The position numbers and the translations under genes are program-made. The notes under the pieces are model-generated. The model saw only the letters and a list, made by a program, of their open reading frames with translations, did no database searches and had not been told where the DNA came from. A stretch of 64,000 bases of DNA from Tubiluchus corallicola (lineage: Eukaryota > Animalia > Priapulida), in contig JAQGDQ010000035.1 of assembly GCA_030141605.1 (NCBI GenBank), positions 248,001-312,000 on the forward strand. The letters are read 5' to 3'. Below, in pieces: positions 13,701 through 25,654 of the stretch. Position 1 is the stretch's first letter, and each line of letters opens with the position of its first letter.

Positions 13701-16700
13701 ACAGATAAATTGTCTAGCATTCTAGTAATAAGGGCATTTAAATCAGTTCCTAGGGAACTGTCTGGAAATGGATAACTGAGATATTGATATCAGTACAATT
13801 CATGCCAAGTTTACACCTCATCCATTTTTTTCTTTTAAAAAATGTATCAAATGGAAGATTTAATTGACCGGTAAAATATTACGCAAAATCAAACATGTAC
13901 ATGATGTAACATTTACATACTTTCTCTTAGTTTAAAACTGAGATGAAGCAGACAGGTTGATATTAGACTGATTAAGTGTCATGATCTTACACTTGTAATT
14001 ATGTTACTGAAAAAACAGAGGTTGCTAAAATTTTCTAATTATCTAATAAGGTGACATACGTTTCAAATAACACTTTACATATGATGTTGACAAGAATAAA
14101 CAGACATACGAATATGTATAAAAACAGATGGCTCGAAAATAAAGTCAACCTAAGAATTTTGTTTCAAACAATATCTTTGTTAAAATTACACCATTCTAGT
14201 CTAATATATTCGAGGTTTCATTGAGATATTAACTTTAATATTATAGCCACCCAGATATCACATGCTGGGGCAAAATTTGGAAGTGTTAAATCACAATTGT
14301 ACTTTTGTGAATTTCAGCAATTTTATAATTCATACATTAGCTCTTTACCTGGCTAAATCTTTTTGAAGTTCCTGCATTAGTCTGTAACATTGGCCATAAT
14401 ATGTCATCTGTGATTCCACATAGTCATTTAAACAACGAAGATGATTCGCCTGCAATGATTTAACAAATTTAGAGATGCTAGGCAAAGCAGCTAGAAACAT
14501 CATTATTTTCCATAAAATGTGTAAGTAAAAACTGTGATCACATTAGCCCACGGCAGCAAGCAGGGGTCACATTACCAGTAATGTGAAAAAACCTGAAAAT
14601 TTGTGCTCCAGCACTGATTACTAGTAGTGGTACCTTGTCTTTTTTAAGAAATTAAAGAGAAACCAGGCACTTCATTTACAAATTGCAAGACAGTTCAAAC
14701 AGACTGCTGCCTTGATTGTACCATACTTAAAAACAAGTGATATTCTGTCGTATCAGTGTATATATATGTTTTATAGAATTGCGCATTGAAAGCTGGAATT
14801 CCGCATTGAATGGCAGGCCCTATGCAGATTTTACATTTTTATTTTGCTTGCTTTGCACAACCGTAAAGACCCGAGTACAACATTTGTACAACTATTTAAT
14901 CACAATCATTGTAATCTTTAGCTGCAAATTAAAATATATGGCCACTGTGAGTAAAATATTGATAAAATTATTATTTTAATAAGGAGAAAAAGTCACTTTA
15001 AAATAAATAATAATTTAAAAATGTACTTAGGTAAATAAATCTGCATGCTTTTTAGTGCAAACTCGCAAATGAATATGCAAAAAAGTAAAAATTTGTACCA
15101 TAAATTAATACCTTTGCTTACTTCTTGCATATTCTGTCACCTAGTATTTTTTCTAGTGTTAAGAAATTAGCTGAATATAATTTTGTTTTTCAGTGTTTTA
15201 TTAAAAATAGCTTAGATTAAGCAATTGGACCAATCTTTGACACTAATCACACAGTCAGGCGTTTCTATACAATTAGACTCAAATTATTTCTAACAGGTGG
15301 TGCCAGTGGTACAGCACAAGTATGGTCTCCCAAAATATAGCCGAGTAAAACGAAGAGCAGCAACAGCAGTTCTATTATTACGCACTTATTATCTGTTGTA
15401 AAAGCTTTTAGTAGAACTTACATGTGCACTACTGATACCCTCTAACAGAAGTTTTGTGATTTCAGTTTGACGATCAAATTCAGATTGTGCTACTCTCAAC
15501 TCTGCCTCGGCCTGAAAAATTGACCAAATATTCTTCAACAAAGCAACTTTGTAATGACACAAAGTGTTAGTAGTCTAAACATAATATGCATACATGTTAT
15601 AATTCTTACCTAACAATAAAGAAGCTCCAAACCTTAGAAAAAGTAGGTAAAAGATAAAGAAGTTACCTACTCTATCTACTTACTAACCTCTGGAATTGTC
15701 CCTAATAAGCTAAAGCAATCCATAATAGTTCCTATTCATAAAGCTGATGATCTGCACTGTATAAATAATTACAGGCCCATTTCATTACTGTAATGTTTTT
15801 CAAAAAATATTGACAAATGTGAGTCTTTGCAACTTACAAATTAATTAAATGACGCACAATATGGATTTCGTAAAGGCAGTACTACAGAAATGGCTTTAAC
15901 TTATATGCTGACAAACATAATTAGAGATATTGAGGACAATAAGTTATCTGTGAGTATATTCTGTGATTTGTCAAAAGCTTTTGACACTGTAGATCATAAA
16001 ATTTTAATTAACAAACTACGCCACTATGGAATAAGAGGTGTTGCAAATAATTGGTTTGTAAGTTATCTATCTGGCTGGTTACAAGCAGTAAAGTATAATA
16101 ACTGTATATCTAATTCAAAATTAATATCTTGTGGTGTTCCACAAGGGTCGATACTTGGTCCACTCTTGTTTCTTGTCTTGTATACATCAATGATATAAAA
16201 CATTGTATTAATAATGGAAAAATACTGCAGTTTGCTGAAGATACCAGTTTAATATTTAAATATTGTAATACTGTTAATGAAGCAGACATAAACAATGAAT
16301 TGCAGCAAATATCAAACTGGTTTAGGAGTAATAACTTATCACTTAATGCTTTCAAAACTAAATTTGTAGTCTTTAGATCAAGAAACAAGAGAATGCCTAA
16401 TTTGACATTACAAATTGAAAATAGTAAATTAAATTCTTAGGTACTGTCATACATGAACAGTTAGACTGGCAATCACATACTACATATATCACATATATCA
16501 CAAACTACATATCTCTTACATCAGACTTAAAATTGTTAAAAATATGGGCATCATTACTCACATCAAATACAGTCTTTCGAAAGAACACTTACTAATCTTG
16601 TATAATAGTCTGGTTTTACCTTATCTCAATTACTGCAGCATAATTTGGGGCCCCACATAACAATCTAAACTGAAATGCTTAATAACATTGCAACGAAAAT

Positions 16701-19700
16701 TTTTAAGGTTAATGTATGGCCAGCAGAAACGTAGTGAAGTACCTTTGCTTCGTTACCGTGAATGTAGCATTATGCAATTAGATGATTTAATTAAATCGAA
16801 TATTGCAGTGTTTATGTATAAATGCAATAAGAGACTATTTCCTAAGTTTTTTGCAATTCCTGTCAAATTGGCATCTAAGAGACATAATGCAAGATATAAT
16901 CAATACATTGTGCCTTTCTGTAGAACCAACATAGTTAAACATTTTATAATATTTCAAGGACCAAACGTCTGGAATGAGATTTGTCAATCCGCAAAAAATA
17001 GCAGATCTATTACTAGATTTAAAAAATGCTAAAAATCAAATTTTAAGTAAGTATTAGTGAGTAATCAAAACTTCTATCAGTATCCATCCTTACAGTGGTG
17101 GCAAAACAGTGGTGGTATCTTAATCAAGTTAACTTAATCTTGCATACTATTAACAAATACTAGTCTTTCTATCTTTTATATAATCTCATATAGTTTCATT
17201 CATTACATCATGCCATTTTGAGGCACTAAATGTTTTCTTTATCATATGATTCGCTTCAAATTTTCAGATTATTTTCATTACTTTTTTTTCTTTCACTGTG
17301 TGGGACAATCTAATAAGCCCTGCTTTTTGATTACCCACAACACATTTACATTTGTATATAGGTGAACAGTGTGTGAAGCTTTTCTTGTGCAGTAACAATA
17401 AAAGTTTATTTGTATTATGTTTATTGTAGGCCCTTTCACTATATATTGTACATAAAACTATTGTAAATGTGCAATGTGAAATAAATGACTTATGACTTAC
17501 TTACTGTATGAATAAGTATTAAATGAGTTGTAATTCATAGTTACAGTGTGAAAATTCTTCTTTGTGGCTATAGTAATGGTAATATGGTTAGTAACTTGTT
17601 AGGAAACAGAAAGGATAATACAACAATTTGTAGTACAGAATTGCTGAAGAGCAAGTTAAACAAACATAGAATGTTGCATTGTCAGTTAAAAATCTTGTAC
17701 AACTGATACCATTAAAAGCAAATGAACATAAACGATATAATACACCATAAAAGGCTAAATAAGCATTTTGTATGGTTTATTTGTGAATAATGGTATAGCT
17801 GCAAAACTTGTGTACATGCTTAAACAATAAAATGATTAATGCTTCAGATAATTTCAATTTACAGAGGGTCTTTAAATGACCATGGAACAGCTACAGACTA
17901 AGCTGTAAAAGACTTGATGTTACAGAATGCTCAACAATTGCAAATGCTAACTCTATTACAAAAAACTGCTGTGATTCATCACTAGATTATAAAGAAGCTT
18001 ATGTGTATATTAATCTAACACTAGTTTAGTGTGTGAAGGTGTAATGGAGTTGCCTTTATAAAACTTCGTAGGTTACACATCAAGGGAGCTTGAACACTGG
18101 ATCGTAAAATTGCTATAAACAGCAGAATATTGACATAATGTTCACCTCGTATTCGCGCCTCGTCGACTTCCCGGTTGCAAAATCAGCAGGCGGTAATAAT
18201 TAATAACAACTGGCTTCTCAGCACAGAAACACAGCAAATTTTAATGAAGACAAGACTGAATGAATTCAGAATGAAATCTGTGAGCATTACGGTGTTTAGA
18301 CGAAATCTGTGAGCATGAGCGTGTTTATCAATTGACTCTGCCTGGTTCCATTATTGATATCAAAAACTTTAGATTATTATGCTCAAGTGTAACTATGTCA
18401 TTTGCCCCTAATTTTCACATGGTCCGAATGCCTAGCCCCGATGTCTACCCTGCAAGTTTCACGAAGCTAGGTACTGAAACTTAAAAAATGCTTAAAAGAT
18501 GTAAATATTAATAATCATTTATCTTTTAACGAGCACCGTGGCTGAAAGTAGCCTTGGTTGTTTGCGCTTTCAGTTGTAATCTTTTAACTAGCACTTTGTC
18601 TGTAAAATGTTATTCTGTGCTGTATATACATCTTATCCTGCTTTCATATTTTATACTTTCTTGTAAAGATTTTTAATATTTTTAATAACTACTATGCATT
18701 ATGTAAGTACTATAGTTTTGGACTCATTCAATATTAATAAAAAAACTGACCCTTTGACTGTCATTATTCACCATGTGTATGCCCCACCTCAAGTGTCTAG
18801 CCTCTGAGTTTTGCTAGCCTATCTGTGTGTGCGAGTTAACGCGAATCAAGAGTGGATACCTAAAATAACTCGATGTCTAACAAAACAGAGAAATTAAGAT
18901 ATCGGTTCTCTTAGATCAAGATTTTGTTGCTTGTAGACTGAAAAGTTTTTGGCATAGAAAATGGAAGATTTGCTGGAACAACAATCGGTGTCAGAAACTT
19001 TAACAAGAAAGTGAAAAGAAATGGTTCTGATTACCAGCTTATTTTGCAGAAATTGCTAAGAGTGGTAAAGTGAAAACAATGACTAATTGCTCAGATTAGA
19101 ACATTAAACCAATGCTCTGTTTCAGTTCAAATACATTTTAGGAGGGAAAATAAAACATAGTACTAAAGCTAAGGCATCAATTCAATTTTAAAACTAATAC
19201 AATAATACATAAGACATAATACAAGATTTTTGTATTTAAAACTCAGCATAATACAAGATTAATTTTATCAAAACGAATTAATGTATAGCATTTTCTGACT
19301 TACGTGCAATTCACACTTTATTTTAAACTACTTAATGTTTTTTTGTTCACGCCTCTACAATTTTGCTACTGTTGATCGAATAAACATGTTATGGCCATTT
19401 TGCTTAAGACATTCACAGTTTTGCGAATCGTTTCCTTCCTCGACCATTTATTACTCACACACTTGCTGCCCATTCAAAGCTGCCTCGATTCTGCAAATGC
19501 CGATGCAAATTAAAAAAAAATGGAGGCAGCGTTTTTGAATCACAAACTGTCATAGTCAATTCTGACAGCTTATAATTCATCTCTGCTCAGTATTCTGCAG
19601 CGTATGTGATCAATAACATCCCACGCACTGTCTACAAATGCTCCTCTTACCAATATTTGCAATCGTCTCTAGTTGCTCAGCATTATCTAGGGCTTCTCTT

Positions 19701-22700
19701 TAAGGAGGGATGGGCAGAAAAAGTGTACACACTCAAAGAGAAACTCAAGAAAAATATTCTGTTAGTACCCAAGTTTTGACATTCCAAAAACTAAAATGAC
19801 AGGTAACATGTTCACTCCTTAATGAAAATTATTAGAAATGTAAAATAAAGTAATTTAGTGACAGCATTTTGCTAATGGAAGCCCTAGTTACATCAAGCTA
19901 ATAATGAAGCTACATGTGTTCATTGAAAGATAATAAAACTAGTCACATATGCGGCTGCTGTCGATGCTGGTATGCATTACACGCACATGAATAATGTGCC
20001 ATTTTTGTCAAAAAACAATTTTGCTGAGTGCAGATTTAGTTTGTAGCAGGTCCACGATAGTTTCATAAAAGTTTACAAACACAAAGTTTTACAGCAGTAG
20101 TTTACACCATTACAAAAATAGAATTATTAAAAGAAAATAAAGTGACAATAACAAGAATGATCAAAAGCATCAACCCTAGTTCTACACCCTCCATAAAAAG
20201 AAGCTTTCTATGATGAATTTGTCTACTGAATCCCTAGCTGATTTCCATACTGGATGCAATTACTTTATTATAAGCACAGAGATGCCAGCCTTGCCAGGAG
20301 AAAGCCGATCATCGCTAGATCAATAAAGTTGGATTACAACAGAAGAACTGACACCATTGCCCATGTCATTCATGACATGTGATCAACTAGAGCCACATAC
20401 AATAGAATACGCTTGACGATGAGGCACAGATTCTAGAACTTACAAATTAATCAAAGAAATGACCCAAGGCTTTATTTTTACCAAAATGTTGCAAGACAAA
20501 ACTCAGTCTTTACGAACAAATGAAAAAGAAATTACATGTTAAAGAAAGTGACTTTTTAATGCATGCCACAAACAGTGAATTCAGCTAAGAGTCATCTATT
20601 GCTACTTTTCATGTTTTATCATGAGACACACGTGCAGAAAATGAAATTAGTACTAACCTTGTCCACGGTAAGATAGTCCTGTGCATGCAAGAAGAAGGAA
20701 AGCAAAAGAAATCAGTTACCAAAAGCTTTTGCTGCATAATCATACACAGATGCCATCTCATATATTAATATGTTAATCATTAATAGTTGAAAGTGACATG
20801 AGTTGATATGTAACAGTATTTCTTTCCTTACCAAAAGGCTTTGTGTGGTTAAAATTGCTATAACATAAAGGCGAGAAAATGCTAGAAATGCCCCAAGATT
20901 ACACAGAAACTTAACTGAAAATCAATAGTCCATAAAAGGAAAAAGAGATCTGTGAAACCTGACAGTTTGTTAATGCGTTGAATATAGATGTGTTACAGCA
21001 TCGCATGCACATGCAACACCAAACTGAGGTACATGTTTACAAACTGTTTACTTCGATGCTTTGTGTCCAAATTTTAGCACAGAACTCTCATATGGACAAC
21101 AGATTTTATTCGTTAATACTAGTGATGGGGGATTTAGAAATTTTGTAATTTGATTATAATCTTGTAATTCAATATCACAGTTAATCTTCTGCAACAATTT
21201 TTAGTGGTTTAGTGTGATTTTCAATGACTGCAGTGAAATTTAGTCTTCTCCACAGCTTCTCTATCTGCCATTTTCGTACCCAGAAACTACTTTTATAGGT
21301 ACATACTTCTTTTTTAACTACTCTAGGACTACATCACTACATACATCATATATCAACGAATATAGAGCCCACAGCTTGCAATACTGAGGTTCACAGCTGT
21401 GTGCATTGTGGAAGACAAGAAAAATGAAGAAAAAAATGCAAAGATTTGGTTTATTTGTGCTAAAATACTGCCTTTTTAGTCAGTGTGTAACACGTGTATT
21501 TTGCTCTCATTTACTGTTCATGTGTCGAATAAAGCGATTTATACATGGTTGTAATCGCGATTATTTCAGTTAATCTATTAATCGCCCATCACTAGTTAAT
21601 ACATAAAAGTGTGGATTTTATTTCTCTTAGTTTTTCCAAATGGTGGAAATTCCACTTATTAGGCACTATGATATTGAAGTTTGATTATGACTTTTAAACA
21701 CTGTAATTAAGTATATTTGCGTTACTTTTTATATCTAACTTGAACATGTATCCATGAACACAAACAGTAACTCTAGACCAGTGGTTCCCTATCTTTTGTT
21801 GATGACCAGGCGACCCCCCTCCAGAACCCTGCATCAGATCACGACCCCATGAAGAACATAATCATGTGTTATACTATTACACGTCATTATCATTCTCATT
21901 TATAAATTTTAACTTACTGTTCAACAAATTATTGAACAATGAGTGATTGTTTCATTAATTCATTCATGTGATGGTTGCACCTGTTTCTCAGTGACCGGTA
22001 TTGCAACAGCAATAGGTTTCTAAGGAGATCCAACATAAATGAATAGCGACATGATTTCTGGTGGTGCACACTGTACACAAGTGTACAGTATTTTCATTTT
22101 CCCAGAAAATCAAGCACTGGCATACCGCATTTAGAGTGGGAAAACCCTGTTTCACTTTCAACAAAATGATGTAATGTGAGACTGAGGAAACAATACCTAC
22201 TACATACTTTTCATAAAAACAGCATTTTTCAAAAATAGTTTTTGGAGTAGCCCGCGACCCCATGAAAAGTACTTCGCGATCCCAAGGTTGGGAACCCATG
22301 CTCTAGACAGTTTACAAAGGGGTTTTTTGTAGTCTGATTAGGAATCTGTAGACTGTAATGTGTAAAGACTTCTAATCTGCTTATGTAATATTGGAACACT
22401 CACATTTGTAACAGCCTCCTGTGATTTTGCTTTTTTAAGACGGTTCTTGTTATAGTCTAAATCCAAGCGTTTTGCTTCGAGTATTTTTCGTTCTTTCTGA
22501 AATTTATATAAAACAACATAAATACACTCACACACACACACACAGAGTGTCCCATCCCAAACAAACCAGCTTTTCGGCAATCCAATGAATTATTGTCGAT
22601 TGACTGTGTCTAGCAATCAATATTTATTACCCACAATTGAGTAAAGTAAACTGAAGTTTTGTGCTGACAAATGTTGATAAATGCATTCAAGCACACCTTT

Positions 22701-25086
22701 TAACAGCAACATTCAATTGACAATAATCATGACAAAATGCAAAAACTTATCATTAGTAATTTTACGAAATGTACAATTAACTTATATCATAAGTGTTATT
22801 CTAATCCTTAGCATTTGATGGTGAATTAACACTAGGATCATAATAACCCCATTCAGCAAAAACATGGCAATTTATTCCAACACCCTCATCTACAAAATTT
22901 CTACCATAACATGGTCATAAATGAGCAACTCTACCTAATAAAAATATGTATGAAATTAATATTGAGGTCCAAAAATCTACATTGCGAAAAGAAAGCAAAG
23001 TAATTACTAAATTTTAAACTTACAGATAATATTGTTCATTGACAAATGACAGAAAAATAAAGTTATGTTACTCCAACACAATTTATTCTCTGACTAATGC
23101 CTGTGTGTGGCAATAAGAGAAACCTTTGCACCAAACATGAATAATGGCTTTAACTCTCACAGTTGAATATTTATTAAATTTTGCTGTTAAAGATATGATC
23201 TTTACATTTTTAGCTACAAAAGCAGTTTGCCACGGAGTCTCCCGTGGGACCTCTCTTTGCTACTATGAAAAACAGTGGCTTGCAGATTGTGTTAGTGGTT
23301 TCCTACCAGCACTGTTTCGTAGATATACGAATGACCGTTTTGCATTTCTTGATTATAGTGAGAAAACAGAAAGGGTTTTAATACACCTGTATGAACAGCA
23401 TGTGAGTACAGAGTTCACACCAGAGTGCTCGTTTACATTGCTACACATGTTTAGTGCAAAGGTTTCTCTTATTGCCACAAACAGGCATTATTCAAAGAAT
23501 GAACTGTGTTGAAGTAACATAACTTTATTTTTTCTGTCATGTGGCAATCTGCTACACAACATGTAAGTTTACAATTAGTAGTTGTTTTGTTTGCTTTTCA
23601 CAGTGTGGATTTTTGACCTTAATATAAATTTTTTAGATTACATTTTCATTAGGTGGAATTACTTGATAATGACCACGTAATGGTTGAAACGTTGAAGATG
23701 ATTGTGTTGAATTAAATAGCCATGTCTTTGCTTAAGTGGGTGCTGACAGTTGTTTCTATCATAGGAATCCGTTTCCCCCCTCTCCAATAAGATCATAATC
23801 ATTAAAAATATAAAAAAATCAGACTAAATTTAAACTAATATTGAATTTTTCTGCAGTACTAACAATCAAATGTTAGTTGTACGGTAAGCATAAGTGATTA
23901 AAAATTATTTATTTTGCTTTTTAACTCGATCCGTCTTTTATGATTTAATATTAAATGACTGGTTTTAATTACTCAGTAAGAGTAACTAACTGTGTTCTGA
24001 GACATGCATTTTTTATGTTAACGAGGCATATCCGGATATCTGTAGAGATTCTGAATAGATGTCTAGCATCACTGTGTCACAGCAACAGCTGGTAATTATT
24101 GCTGTCATTGATTATATATTCTCACTGCAATACATAATTTATAATACAAGAAAACAGGAGACATTAATGTGTCAATGGTTTGCTCATTGTACGAATATTA
24201 TTAATTTAATATAATTTAAACAACTAATGCAGCATCAGTGATACACCATAATTAAATTTAACAGGATAAGATAGGATGGTAGTTTGTATTTTGCATAAAA
24301 TTACATTAAGATGAGAAGCGTTTAAAATTTTTAACTTTGTATCGCGCAATGTGTGCAACGATTATAGTAATTTGTTAAATTATCGGCCTATTTTTTTAGT
24401 GGTTTCCAATTTTTCTATCTGCTCATTACAAAGTTGACATGGCCAGCAAGATCAGCAGCTAATTATTACACTGCATTTGCTCTGATTTCATAATTGCTTA
24501 GAAAATCAGAATGTATCAGTTATGAAATAGCTTGTAAGATCCAGACTTGGAGTTGAACTCACAATTTCTAAAGTGACTCTGTGCCAATCTCAATGTATGT
24601 GCCGTACAGGCTAACATCACACAAAATCAGCGGATGCTCTGGACAATGAAATGAGGTATTCTTTCATTAGCAATTCAAAGTATAGAACTGTAGATGCACT
24701 TAGGAAATAATGCAATAGAGCGAGGCTCACACTTGGAGCTGCTAATTGGTTTAAACATAAGATGCAAGATGTCGTAAAAGCTTTCTAATTCTTGTGTCTT
24801 CACAGCTCTGTGCGACTTTAATACTTATTGCTCCAAAGCTGTCCTACATGAATCAATAAAGGAATATGCTTGTAGCAGCTGGTCTGATTCACCCTGTGTG
24901 AGAGCTGAAAACCTTCACGCCACCACTCATCAATCTGCTTGCCCTTTCAAAGCCTAATCCCAAAGCTTCAAATGGTGTAATTCAATTGGGATTACCACAT
25001 AATACGCACTCGCACACTGCCCACACAAAAGTGGCTGCTGCTAGGCCGAAATGTTAGCGCAATTGCGGCACACTGTCAAGTTTACT

Positions 25087-25118
<32 letters not shown>

Positions 25119-25618
25119 TGTATGTATGTATGTATGTATGTATGTATGTATATATGTATATATATCTATATACAGTGGAACCTTGACTTACGAAAACCCT
25201 ATTATACGAAAAATTCAGAATACGAATCAGGCTTCAAAGAAATTTCTGTCCCATTTAATGAAAAACTATTCAAGATACGAAAACGAAAATCAAAAGTGCC
25301 GCCCGACAGCGGTCCTCCCAGAATGAATTTCGTAGCATCACGTGAACTCTTTGTTGTGCTCTTATCTCACGTGAACGCATTCAATAACCATGGGTCCGAA
25401 AAAAGCAAGTGCCAGTGGTAGTGATAAGAAGAAAAGGATGATATCGATGGAAACAAAGCTTGAAATTATAGTTCAATATGGAAGTGGCATTCGTTTAAGT
25501 GGGGGGGGGACTGGAATGAATTACGCCATTTATAGGGTAAATCTTGTCTCATAATACGAAAATTCTAAGATACGAAAACCCCTCCGGAACGAATTAATGT
25601 CGTATCTCGAGGTATCAC

Positions 25619-25654
<36 letters not shown>

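Noticed and set aside
15890-17032. Active or domesticated reverse transcriptase (retron/DGR-like system)
   Set aside because: Broken by frameshifts and stops, catalytic box decayed to FAEDT, 5'-truncated, with an ordinary LINE tail.
25051-25421. ORFs with MYVC repeats
   Set aside because: Translation of (TATG)n plus the Tigger element end.
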